Under the pieces are notes generated by a model. That model was given only the letters and a program-made list of their open reading frames with translations, made no database searches and was not told the origin of the DNA. This document shows, piece after piece, positions 1-13,200 of a stretch of 64,000 nucleotides of DNA. The stretch comes from Phoronis australis. Its lineage: Eukaryota > Animalia > Phoronida. Made by a program: the position numbers and the translations under genes. How positions within the stretch are numbered: the stretch's first letter is position 1; each line of letters starts with the position of its first letter. The stretch is from NCBI GenBank assembly GCA_002633005.1, contig NMRA01000069.1, forward strand, positions 1,036,990-1,100,989, read 5' to 3'.

Positions 1-68
1 AAAGAAAGCACAAAATGCTGTTATTGCTTTGTATAACCTAAGCCAAAACTTTTCTTTCTCTTCCCCAG

Positions 69-449
69 TGAACAGAAATATAGGATACCCAACATACACT
101 GTAAGTGCGAGAGTACACTTCTCCCACCGGGCACTGCATTGTCGGTGGATTCGTTTCAGTGGCCGGGAATTGGAATTCTCGGGCTGCGTCCCGTAGACCT
201 AACTCGACACGTGCGACAAAAGCTAGATCGCGTGCTTCATTTTTTCTACATGGTAAAATCTCTCTAACACTGCGTGATCTTGTTTTTTTTCGCGAATTCC
301 TTGTGTTTGCGGAACGCATGTCCGTCCCCCTTCTAACAGATGGCGCGATTACAATAGAGTTCTCTGTCATAAATATTTCATCACTGATTATAGTGTTCGT
401 CTTTTTATTCTAGGCTTCTCACGACAGGTGCAGCGTCACCGGTGAATGA
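69..449 (+). CDS. Possible last two exons (69-100, 414-449) of an unidentified gene entering from the left
   Basis: Strong acceptor ttttctttctcttccccAG at 68, a 32-nt exon, donor GTAAGT at 101, and a second acceptor ctttttattctAG at 413. One frame reads ..NRNIGYPTYT|ASHDRCSVTGE*. No recognisable homology; the frame cannot be fixed. Confidence 0.3.
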
Positions 450-883
450 GAAACGATCAAGCGACATTATCGCGTGGTACTCTACGATCAATGATCCAAC
501 GCATTTATTCTCATCCACCTTATGGTTTATTTATGAGACTGAAACCTTACTGCTAGAGTTGTGGAACTCTGGCGTCTGTTTGCCTTCAAGATATTGAGCG
601 ATCATCTAGCCTGAACATCTGGAAGATTTCCGGAAACGTCATCCGAAGACTTTTAATGCCAATCCACAGTTGCAAAGGGCTCAAGTTTGCCTCTGGGTAG
701 CAGGGCAGATCGATATAAGGATTCGCCGACATCGGACACGACCAAAAAGAGAAAAACGCCGTCGGCATGCCGACTTTAGAACTTGCGCGGACTTTTTTCT
801 TCAGAAACAGTGTTTGACTCCTCTTACGACATTCTAGACTCCACGATTCTCCTGTTGAAGTACAAGGTCGGTAATCAGCCTCC

Positions 884-1023
884 CGTTCAGTAACGCTAGG
901 ACCTCGCTAAAAAGCAAGACTTCGCAGGATTACGTGAGATATTGCCGTATATTTCAAATTAGAACACGTGTCTCTGACTAGATTTTAGCTAGGTTCTAGC
1001 GTAGGTCCTAGCGTTACTGAACG
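884..1023. mobile_element. Short inverted-repeat (MITE-like) element
   Basis: Arms CGTTCAGTAACGCTAGGACCT-CGCTA and TAGCGTAGGTCCTAGCGTTACTGAACG flank about 85 bp. TSD not evident. Confidence 0.55.
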
Positions 1024-4000
1024 CACTTCTGGTTTTGGCAAACGTTGGACTTCCGATGTCATGCAGTCTGTTCCTCACGGCTCATTCACAGCCAACGAGA
1101 CGAAGAGGACGACACAAATTAGGGATGGTAGAGAACGCAGAGACGTCAGAGAAGTTGTAGGAGAGAGGAATGAAAGCGAATGCTCAACGCCCCCATATAT
1201 CTGTCACCTCAGGGTATATCCCTGTTGAGTTAATGAACTGGATAACGCCGGCGCACTCGGACAAGGCTCAACGGAATACTATTTAACATTCTTACGTTTT
1301 CTAGAACTTTAAAAAAGTATCAGATCAATTTGATTGCTGCCAGTCCACAAGCACGAAAGTTGGCAACCTCTTTATAAAACTGTGTGTTCCCGGCTCATTA
1401 ATACTACTTGGTAACGGACAACCACTAATGCGGATAGAACCGGCTCACCCATACGTGTACTTCCAGTTTTTCCGGTTCCGCCGTCACTCAGTGAGGTCAA
1501 ACACCTCTCGACTCGAAGGAAGATAAATACAAGGTTGGATATTGAACAAGCTGCTGACTCACCTTCAAAAAAAAAAACAGCAACGAAAGGTCTCCCACGC
1601 GGCAGGTCCGGGTTGTATAATTTTTGCGCGTGGGATTAACAAACTGAAATACAATAGGGGGTGTTGAATTTGACCAACGAAGTTTTATTTGTTTTATAGT
1701 CGTGTATCGTGATGATGTATGCACAGCGACAAAACGTAAAATGCTAGAATAGCGATTGCAACCAAATTTAAAAAAGAGAAACGTTCCCGATGATCCAAGT
1801 CCGACAGAGAAAAGAACATGTGTGGAAAACCATCTTAGACGCATGGATTTCGTACTAAGTTCAAGACCAAAAGACCAAAGTTGAACAATACCAATAAAAA
1901 GTAAATTTGGCAATGAAAATGCAACGTAGAGTATAAAGTACGGTGAGGGACATCGAAAGTTATCGGATAAATTTCCATCATTCAAAACTATTAAGTTTAT
2001 GATAGAAAATGCCAATATCAACACTCCTCAGAAATGTTTAGTTTCTGAAGTTAAAAAAAACGTAATGCACAGACAGCTGCTGCAACGGAGCCGGTTATAG
2101 TGGTTACTGATTTTACGACTTAATCTCTTAAGTTTATTCACAAGGTATGTTTTTTTAGAAATCATACTGTTTATTTTATGGTCTTATCCCTGGAAAGTAG
2201 TCGAAGCAGAATGTACCGCCTGCCGGGGGTTGCAGGATATCCAAATATCTACCACTGGGAGTTTTAGCCGACGGAAGAAAGTTTTCATCCACTGTCTCCA
2301 CAAGCAAATTGTGATCCTGTTTTGAAGACTTGCAAAAGGTTATTTGGGGAGAGGGTTGTAAATTCGCTCTGGTTTAATGTTATCTGCAGTGCTTTTCGCA
2401 GGTAGACGTTGGACACAAGGGAAATAGTATCGGCAAGAAATCCTCGCTTGTGGACCGGATACATTGATTTCCATCCCATAGTTCAACATTCCAATTTCAC
2501 CGACCAATCACTTAGGTGGCTCTCTTTTGTTAGGGAACGCCAGTGATGTCCCGAGTATGTTCGCGAAGCGTTCACATTGAAATCGCACGATTTGGGGTGG
2601 TATTTTGCTCTGAAATCGTCCCTTTTTGACAAAATAACAACATGGAAACAACTTCATGAAGTTTAGAGGTTGTTTTTGTGACAGTAAAGGCGCATTGCTG
2701 GTTTAATCACGTCTACTAGGGGGGGGATGTATTTTCGTTTCACAAGACAATTGCTGCGTGTCTCCAACTGATATTCGCCTTCTCGATTTTCGGCAGTGAA
2801 TTGGGCCGGGATATACCACAGCTTCAATACGATGCAAAAAAACGACAACACTTGGCAACTGACCACAGAAACCATGAGACCCAAGCAAGCGTTTCAGTAC
2901 TCGGCATGTTGAGAATCAGATCCCATCATCAGAACTAAATTAGTAATCAATTAACCAGGAGCACGCCGGAGAGGAAGATAGAAATATTGACTTACCATCA
3001 CTTTTGTGCACGAAACACAGTAGTTATGGGTTGGTAGTAGTAATCCATTGCGCTAGCGTAAAACAGTTGAATTTCCATTCACCACTCAATAGAACGAATG
3101 CAACGTACACAAGACTGGTAGACTGGAGTGTTGGCAGAATTGTCAATTGTCCATTTGAATAATTTATGTCATTATCCACAGACATTAATATACATCAGCA
3201 AATATTGTCTGTTGTAGAATGCGTCAATATACCGACCGCCAGTTATCGATCTGAGAGTGCGGCGACATCTATGGGAACACTCATGAACGAACGAAAAATC
3301 GATAGGAGCTGTATACGTAATTTGCGAGGCTCTGACAGATTGACAAATCCAATTTTTGATAGCACTATACAGTTTGTGGGAACTCGGATAAGTAAAGATC
3401 TGAAAGCTATTGAAACAGGCTCAATACAGAATGATTTTTGTATTTCAATTCCGGTTTGCATAGTTTCCGACGTCAGCACAGATCGGAAGTACACACTTGA
3501 TAAAGAAAATCAAGTCTCAAGGCTTTCACAGGACTTGAAACTGCGCGACCTCCAACTATCAACAGAAAACGAAGAAATACGTAACTGTATAGTCGTGGAT
3601 AATGGTTTGTTTTTTGGTTAAAAAACTGGATGGCGCCAGAAAAGCTTCCGGAATTTTGTGTACAAGCGTGTGTCTTATAAACTCTGCGCCATGCACACCC
3701 CAAATACAGCGAGGACAGAAGGCGAGATTGTCCGATCTTCCGAAGCTGTCCGGGCGGCTTCGCCCACCTACTCATCGGTCGGTTAGAATAACATCTATGT
3801 TGCTTTTAAAGAAATATACAAATGGGACGTTTTCAGCAAAACTACACCGTCCTGAATTCGATTCGTTTCACTTTTCTATTCAAATGTCAACACGTGTAAA
3901 ACATGGTGCTGCACATTTTTCGTTTGTGCGGTGTACAAAAGGTGGCATTTCCGAATATACATGTATACACGCAGGGCTTCTACATATACTACTCAAGAAA

Positions 4001-5449
4001 GAGTACTGAATATAACGTTATTCTTTCAAATATTTTGCACATCTATTAAAATTAATGTGTTACCATCCTTTTCGTCACTAGTAGAATCTTAGGACACTTA
4101 GTGAGGGTGAAACCGCAAAATGATTTTTTTTGTACTTGGGTTTACTGACAAAAATTTATAATCTCGGTATATCTCCAAGTTAACCCTAATGTCTGTTCAG
4201 TTTATTAATTAGTTTATATGAAACAATTTCTATTCATCATTCGCATGTAGTCACACATGGAAATTGACGTGACTACAACCGGTGTCAAGGGGGATAACTA
4301 CTATAACAGTAGGTGGTGAAATTGACCGCGTTAAAAACGATTTTGCGTAATTTGTGTTGAACAACTTGAATAACACGGTTTGGTCCATCCTTCGAATTGT
4401 TCAGTCACTGAGACTTTGGGGCTGAACAAAAGCATCCACACTGAGGAAACATGGCACTGCATGAGACAGCTCATGGAAGGGACGGTTCTGAAATACTGAG
4501 GAGCACGAGTTCAGTTGACGCGAAAAGCTAGCGACCACGTAAGACTCCACGAGATAGCGCCACGGTTGCAAGAGAAAAATATGATCACGGTAGCTTCTTT
4601 CAAGAGATTCTTGAGTCTACGAAATTCAATCCAACCAAATCAAAAGCTGTAAATGAAAGCACAGATCAACGAATTTGAGTCATTTTTTAAAAACGGAAGA
4701 CGATTTGTTACGGTATAAGAGAATCAGTTTCAATCGCATCAAATTTCACACCAGACTTATGTCTCATTAAGGCCCGTTTACTAGAGCTGCGTGAAAAGCA
4801 ACAATCGAATTAGGCCTTTTACTCTTTTAACATCGGTCTCATACATGTAGACCTATATGCTTTCCGCGAACATTTCAGTTTCGCCACGCGGTCATTACTG
4901 TGCGAGGTGACGCTCAACCCCCGAGCCCTTCGCGTTAAGATTTCAACATTGACTATACAGCGACGAAATGACCCATTAACGGGCGCTTGGTAAATTTCAC
5001 GGTCGCCGTTATCAATGGTTCGTGTTATTCCCGAGACCGGATGAAAACGCATAGAATACGCTGTTTCAAGGACACACAAAACAAGTAGTAATATGCGATA
5101 TTTATTAATAAGTAAAGTTAACAATGGCGTAACAAATAAAATAACTACTGACATCTGTAATTAACCTATAAACAATAAAATTGTGGTAAATAACAAATAC
5201 AAAAATGGATCACAAAGGAGAGTATAAACTATCGAAGGAATAAAGGAGAGAACACACTTCAAAACTCCGGTACTCTAATCTCGGTTGTGTACCAAAAAAC
5301 TGTAAGCTGTGACTGGATCAAAATCTGTTTGGCGGCAACCAAGCGAAAATCAAGTTCAACTCATGTTCAGTGGCTGAACTTCAACTGAACAGAGACCCTA
5401 GCGGCCAATTTCAAAATCGACAAAATTGATTCAAGGAGCTCACTTTTCG

Positions 5450-5562
5450 GCAATGGTCTGATACAACATTAACGAGCCCGAATTTTGAGAACCAGTTTTC
5501 TCCACTGAATAACGGGCATAACAGTGGTTCTCAAAATACGGGCAGTTGTATCAAACTATTGC
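5450..5562. mobile_element. Small hairpin MITE-like element; related cores at ~50769-50827 and ~53080-53132
   Basis: Outer arms GCAATGGTCTGATACAAC and GTTGTATCAAACTATTGC; inner arms GCCCGAATTTTGAGAACCA and TGGTTCTCAAAATACGGGC. The core TTTGAGAACYAG..CTGAATAACG recurs at 50.8 kb and 53.1 kb. Confidence 0.55.
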
Positions 5563-8114
5563 ACACTTTTCAGTCACCAAACTTTGGATATGGAGACGGA
5601 TTTTAAAAAAATTAAACGAACTTGACTAAAGCAACGTGATTATTTGTGAAAAAAAGAATTATAGTGATGGTTTCAAAACGTCGAGTTAAGTGCGTCTTTA
5701 AGATAGGAATGTTAATCAGAGTATACTAACCTGTAATATATATAGTAAGTAGAGTGCCATCTATGGAGTAAAGTGAATATTACAATAGCAAGTGTGTAGG
5801 TCTACACATACAATAGCGCTTTGCAAGCAATAAAAAACAGGAACACATACGCATACCGCATTTTGTACAACCAAAGCAAATCGAGAGAGTTGGCTGTTCA
5901 AACACGTCACAAAAACCTCACAGCGTGGCATTGTTTTGCGAAAATAGATGCTAGTTCAACCAAGCAGGACTACTGCAAATCGTAGTCTCGATGCAAGCGA
6001 TGTCAGTGACCAGGTGCCATCGCAGAGCGAAAGGGAATTCCTTGACATTCGCTGAATTTCGTTTGTCGGTTGCTCTTAATTCATTGGTGATGGTTCCTTC
6101 CTCCCACTTTACCGAAATTCATCGGGGGGAGATTTGCAATTCGCTCGAATCTGTTACAATGCGACGGCGCCTATAAAATTTGCGCAAATATGGATACGAA
6201 TCGGCGACATAAAGTTAAATCAGAGAGACAGTTATCGCTCACAATGTCACTGGACATCTCATAACATGCACTTGCAATTAAAGTAACCATAATACAATAT
6301 GTCTGGGTCCAATGGTAGTGTTATTACCATATAAACACTGCAACAGGATACGGGATGGCCCAATACTAGCAATCCAATCAAGACCACAATCTATTAATAC
6401 GCGAACAATTACAGAAAAGCCAAACTAGACACCAAACCGGGACCTGAGGTCAAAGCTAGGTCCCGGTCCAGGTGGCACGAGTATTTACCGTATTCACTCC
6501 AATTAGCACGTGTAATAATCAACTTGCGAGTATTTCCAACTACAAACGGGGATATGGCCGGGATAATAGAATCGTCATCTTGTTGGATGAGGGAGAACAA
6601 ACGGAGGGAGGATTTCCACTGGGAAGTAACAAGTTAGCACCATGACGGGGCAGTATCGAGTTAGCAACATGACGTCAACGGAAGTGGGACAAAATTCATT
6701 CCGACTTCTCCAGGAGTTTGCTTCGTCTTTCGCAAAAAGTCTATGGAAAAAACTTGGCAACGAGGGTGTTGGAGTTGCAAAGCAAATTTATTGTGAAGTC
6801 CGGGTGGTTGATTACCCGACCTGCCAATTCGGTTTTTCTCATGGGGGATACATTTATGCAACACATTTCTCAAAAATTAAAGTAAAAAGAAAAAAAGAAG
6901 AAAAATCGGCAGGAAGCGGTCATTGTCAATTTAGTTGAATTTTCTTTGTAATAAAATAGCATTTTTGGAGAACTTCTGCCAGAGGTTCACGTGACGTCAT
7001 TATTGCCCCAAGCCCCTAATAATCTATTCACCAATGGATCAATTATACACCAAGTTCAACAACGTCCAAGGTGCAATACTTGTCGGGATTTTGTCAAGAC
7101 TTGCCAAGAATCAAAACGAATTCTAGCAAAAAAGAAATGGATATTTATTCCTGGTTTCGTGAGCTAAACTTAGTCGAATTTCGAGGGACTTTTTGTACCT
7201 TAAGGAAATGTAAATTACTTTCACGATAGAGATAAACAAGACTAAGAGAATTTGAAAGAAACAAAAATAAAATTAACATGTCATGCCCCCAGTTTCTTAG
7301 CAATCTAATTTTCTAGTCCTTACGTGACTATTAGCATGACGTCTATAGAAGGTACCCTGTCTCCGATTTTTCAGTAGTCAACCAGACAGATGTCCTCAAG
7401 ACCCCCTAGATCCCAGAATAGCAATGTTATGAATTTTTTAATCACAGAATAAACCTCGTTGAATAAAAGAGTGTAAGACATTTTCCTTAAGTCCCTTTTA
7501 GTACAGTCTCTTGTCAGACAATGAAAGCCTAGAACAATTCTACTGAAATAACCAACAAAACGGGAGATCAGGACTATTGAACAAACGGAATGCCGAACCA
7601 TAACTGCCAGACTAACGGATCGTCAAGGGGTTGGGCCGTCTAATTTCCAACAAAAGCCTGCTTGGGTTGAAGGCTAACTGTTCCCCAGTATCATGGCTAT
7701 CACAGATATACAATACAACTACAGTGTATTCCCGAAAAATTCAGGCAAAATTACCCAGAATTCCCCATCATGATGGCTGGGCAGAAGCCAAATTCATCAT
7801 CAAGAGCTTCCCTCATGACCAACAATGAAGGGCAATAAACAGTTAGTGACGTGGCTAATAGTTATTAGCAATAATTTTTACCATTAAAAATAAGTAGCCA
7901 CCTTTACGGGAAATGTTATTTTGTCTGTTTACTTTTGTCTGGCACTCCATGGGAGTATCCATAAGGAAGATCACAAAGCAAAACAGAGTATTGCTTAGCT
8001 CACAACTTTGCTAAAAAACAAGAAAAAACTACCCTGGTGGAAGACAGCAACGAGATCTATGCATAACAAGCACTGGACAAAATTGCATAGCAAGTACTAC
8101 ACCTACCAAAGTCA

Positions 8115-10218
8115 AATACAATACTAAAAATACTGATATGGCAAAAACTATGGAAACTGCCAGTCGAATGGTACACAAGCACCCCTAGTCAAACTAGAAT
8201 ATACAGATGAAAATCTGTAATTGATATGCAAACATTGGTCACCGAAATGGGATTTTTTGCAATTCGATCAATTACGTGATTGGTTTTAGTGTATAGCCTA
8301 GAACAACTTGGTTAATTTCAATTTTAACCATCGTTTGTGCTTAATCAAAGAAACCACCTCGATCAGACACAATTCCTCTTATGAGGAGGCAGAAAATCAC
8401 CTAGTATGATTGACTGTGCTTTAAAAGATTAGGCTGCAAACATACCGAGTTAAGACCGATAAATGAACAGGGATACATCCTAAACTATTCAGCTTCAGTT
8501 GTCAATTTTTCTCACGATTAGTAACGCATATCATTATTTACACGAAAATGATGGAACATCAACTAAATGATGAAAAATAGCCATAAGCATGTCAGCAGAG
8601 GCAAAACTTCCATATGAATGTACAGCAGTGTGGATAAATATTGTAAAACCAGCAGTGGTGTTGTGGTATTTTGGTATTAGGCTATTATGGATTTTTAACA
8701 CAGTATGCACCAGCAGTAGCATGAAAATATGAAGAACCAAGCGATAGCCCTCAGAACATCGATAGTGGTAGCAGAGGTATCACTGAAACCAAATGGCTGC
8801 TCTCTGTAAATGTCTTCATTAATGCTTTGGCTTGCTGATAGATGGTGCTAGAAACCTGCAGTGTATGACCATTTTATAGGTTGCTTTCTTGGTCCAACTG
8901 GCTTCTTGCCTCGGGTGCCAAATCCTAGACCTGAAAAGTACTGTCCTTCATTAGTTGTTATTGTAACGATAATGTAAAACCAAAATACTGAGATCAGAGG
9001 CCATGCGCAAAGCCTAATTTTAGTGATTTACAATTATATAAAATCTGTGTTTTTTGATTCTAATTTACTCAGACGAGAGCACCACTCACTAACAAATTTT
9101 TCCCACCACTTTTAGTCAAAGCCTGTTTCATTTTTCAAACTAAAATCACTCACCAACGCCTTTTTNAATACAATACTAACAATACTGATATGGCAAAAAC
9201 TATGGAAACTGCCAGTCGAATGGTACACAAGCACCCCTAGTCAAACTAGAAAATACAGATGAAAATCTGTAATTGATATGCAAACATTGGTCATTGAAAT
9301 GGGATTTTTTGCATTTCGATCAATTACGTGATTGGTTTTAGTATATAGCCTAGAACAACTTGGTTAACTTCAATTTTAACCATCGTTTGTGCTTAATCAA
9401 AGAAACGACCTCGATCAGACACAATTCCTCTTATGAGGAGGCAGAAAATCACCTAGTATGATTGACTGTGCTTTAAAAGATTAGGCTGCAAACATACTGA
9501 GTTAAGACCGACAAATGAACATGGATACATCCTAAACTATTCAGCTTCAGTTGTCAATTTTTCTCACGATTAGCAACGCATATCATTATTTACACGAAAA
9601 TGATGGAACATCAACTAAATGATGAAAAATAGCCATAAGCATGTCAGCAGAGGCAAAACTTCCATATGAATGTGCAGCAGTGTGGATAAATACTGTAGAA
9701 CCAGCAGGGGTGTTGTGGTATTTTGGTATTAGGCTATTATGGATTTTTAACGCAGTATGCACCAGCAGTAGCATGAAAACATGAAGAACCAAGCGATAGC
9801 CCTCAGAACATCGATAGTGGTAGCAGAGGGTCCCTCTGAAACCAAATGGCTGCTCTCTGTAAATGTCTTCATTAATGCTTTGGCTTGCTGATAGATGGTG
9901 CTAGAAACCTGCAGTGTATGACCATTTTATAGGTTGCTTTTTTGGTCCAACTGGCTTCTTGCCTCGGGTGCCAAATCCTAGACCTGAAAAGTACTGTCTT
10001 TCATTAGTTGTTATTGTAACGATAATGTAAAACCAAAATACTGAGATCAGAGGCCATGCGCAAAGCCTAATTTTAGTGATTTACAATTATATAAAATCTG
10101 TGTTTTTTGATTCTAATTTACTCAGACGAGAGCACCACTCACTAACAAATTTTTCCCACCACTTTTACTCAAAGCCTGTTTCATTTTTCAAATTAAAATC
10201 ACTCACCAACGCCTTTTT
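8115..10218. repeat. ~1.05-kb direct duplication (8115-9165 / 9167-10218) joined by a single N, probably a haplotype-overlap assembly artefact
   Basis: The copies align end to end with scattered substitutions, and the N at 9166 sits exactly at the junction. The duplication contains the PTPN12 terminal exon twice. Confidence 0.9.
8848..8930 (-). CDS. PTPN12: Second (duplicated/allelic) copy of the PTPN12-like terminal CTH-domain exon
   Basis: ttttcAG|GT CTA GGA TTT GGC ACC CGA... gives [27 protein letters not shown]. It differs from the copy at 9901-9983 by one R/K change. Confidence 0.6.
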
Positions 10219-13200
10219 TAAAGTGCTTTAAAATTCAATATTTTAAGAAAATAGTTACCATTTGAGCAATTTTAGCCATGACTTGATGGAAATAGTACAG
10301 AATTCGTTTTAGGAAAAAACAAATCTTTAAGTGTTGCATCTTTGCATGACCTGAAGGAAACCATGACAATATAGTTTTGGGATTCAACCATTTTTGGCAA
10401 ATGAAGTGAAAAGGTGCAACAACTCTGTGATTTTTAATAGAATTATTACGGCCGCGACTTGCCAATATAACTTCATTTGTAATCGAGCCTTTAGGAATGT
10501 AAAACATTGATTAAGTACTACAGTGTACATTCAATATTTGACTTTATGAAACTACCCAAATATCTTTTTAACTTATTCAAGACTTACTGATGTCAGCAAC
10601 ACTGCTTCCCTTTTGGATTCGCTTTTCATCGGATGTTAACAGATTATCATGGAACAACGACTGGGGCCCCGCATCTGTTCGCTTAAATGGATTCTAATGA
10701 AGAAATAGTACAAACGTATAATGCATAAACCATACTGTGCACTAGCACACTATCATAGACACGTTCCACTTCAGGAAGTTTGGCACAGTTGTCGTTGTTT
10801 TACCACATTAACAGATTTATAATTAAAAGTATTTGAAAATCATTACTTTTGATTTCAAGTCACACAATTACTTAATCCTAAAACATTGATTTTGCTTAAA
10901 GCTTTCATTACTAAAACGTCGAATAACAGCACGCGACATCAAAAACTTTCTGATGACATCCTATTAAACATGAGAATAAGGATAAACATAAGACATAGTG
11001 TATAATTACGTTTCAGTTCTAATTTGCCATAAGATGGCACATCTAAAATTGTTAAAAAAGAAACATAACTTCTTGTTTTTGTTAAAACACATCAACAAAC
11101 TTATTTCACAATAAAAATCATATCATCGTAATCATAATCTACTGAAATGCAACGTTGCACTTATGATTCGAAATTGGAGTGCTTTTTCATGTGACACTGT
11201 TTGAGATGAATATTTTTCCATTTATAAATTTTGTCTGTTGCAGGCATTAGGACAGGATTCATTGTTCTTTGCTTCGAACTCTTTGACCTTGCCATGACCT
11301 CATAACGTAGTAATGCTGTCGACTTGTTGTAATCCGCTTATTTTTAGCCATCTTGAGAGTTTGTCCCTGGATGAACGTCAGCGTACTAAATTTTGAAATG
11401 TTGTTGAGTGATTTCCGATCATTGTTTATTTTTTTACTGTATATCTGCATTGAGTGTGTTTAAATTAATATATAAAACCACTACTGTCTGTGTAATCAAA
11501 CTCATCCACATCACCCGATACTGTTCAATTTACATCTTTTTCCCGTCCACCCATATTTATGACATAAAACAATGACGACACGTCCTCAGATGCAAAAAAA
11601 TGCCAATGACACCTTGACCTTTGGTTGACCAGAGGCGTGCCTGACCTCTTTCTGGGATCCTCAAAGGTATCCTAAAACGATACCTGTCAAGGCCCTCCCG
11701 GCAAACATATGGGAAATCAAAATAAGGCCCTATGGTTACGTGGGATCCAAAAAAACGTCTAATTTTGGCTAACATAGGAGCATCAAATCTCAGAAACAAA
11801 TACTTAAGATTCGTACGAGACTTTCTAATATTTCGCTTTATGGACTGTTATCCAAAATGCTGTTAGGTACAATTGTTTTTAAATTATTTCTCTTTGCAAT
11901 AGGAGCTTCCAAAAATAGGACTTTCATGAAAAAAATTACATAAAACAATTATAATAACAAAATAGCGTTTTAGAATTTAACAATGTTATTAATACCACTG
12001 TTTTGCTATCCACGTATCTTTCTTTTTTGGTAAATTGTACTAAAATGACATGGTCAAAAGACCTCTATACGTTTCTACCTTCATTTTTTATTTAGTGAAA
12101 ATCTATAGCTTTGTAGATATTTGGCTAAGTAGCACATTTGTCAGTAAGGTCCCACAAAGACTTAAAGCAAAAAAATAATGACCAACTTTCAACAAATAAA
12201 AGCCAAAACACTAAAATTTGAGGAATTTAAAAGCAACAGAAGCATTTATGCCAAATGTAAGATGATCAATAAAACAGGAAAATAATATTATTAATTACAG
12301 CCTTTAAAACACAAGGCAACTGACACCATGCAGGTATAACGGAGAAATTAATTCAGCAAGTCCCACATTTCGTGCAGATTTTGTAATAGGCAAAGTCCAA
12401 ATACAAAAAGTGAATATTCAAAAAATCAATGAAAATAAAACCTGTGACGAACCTCTAAAAAGTATTGAAAGTCATCGATAAGTTGCAGAAAGTACGGCAT
12501 GTGTATGAATACACGCTGCTACAAAATGAAAAATAATGCCCTGTGAACATACCTGTAATTTCACCTGAATCTTTGACTTCAGTCCGTGAAGTCCAGGTTT
12601 CAAGGTAGTCGACAATGCCTGCAGTGAAGGTTTTGTGGCATTGCTATGGTGACTGATAGTGTTGCTATGGTGACTGCCAGTAATGTCTTCCTCATCATGT
12701 TCAACGTCTTCAAAAGGTTTATAGGCAAAGGGTGTTTTCTCAGGCAGCATGGGAGGAGACATTTCATCATCACTGTCCGTCCCTTGCTATAATGAGAAAG
12801 GAACACCTCCAGGACATGGAGTACCGAAATTCTCTACGTATTTAGCACATTCACCCGATTTCACACGTCCAAAATTATTTGTAAAACCAATATTTTGTCC
12901 TTCACTTATTTTACATGAGGTTACTTGCTAGCAATTTCTTGCACTTCAGAAAATATCACAGCAAAGCCCTGTCAATACATCTAGTATACACAGTCACTTA
13001 TTTAACTGTGTTAACAAGATCAGAACACTGTATATTCACTAACCGCTTCAATCTCTGCTACCAACAAAGTTTAACTGTGCCTTCCCTAAGTTACTGATTG
13101 GGAATCTGGTGTTCGCGTGGGGACCATACCGGTTGTGTTTTGTCTTACTAAAACTGTGACAAGTGCTATATGGTTCTTAAAGATCTAATCTACAGCTACC

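Noticed and set aside
38-413. Overlapping 110-aa (-) and 102-aa (+) ORFs
   Set aside because: No homology. The region is better explained as a plus-strand intron (101-413) between strong splice signals.
1497-2024. 175-aa minus-strand ORF
   Set aside because: Non-ATG start, composition typical of random AT-rich sequence, and no motif.
3166-3621. 151-aa ORF
   Set aside because: No recognisable domain and no supporting gene structure. It cannot be called without a homology search or expression data.
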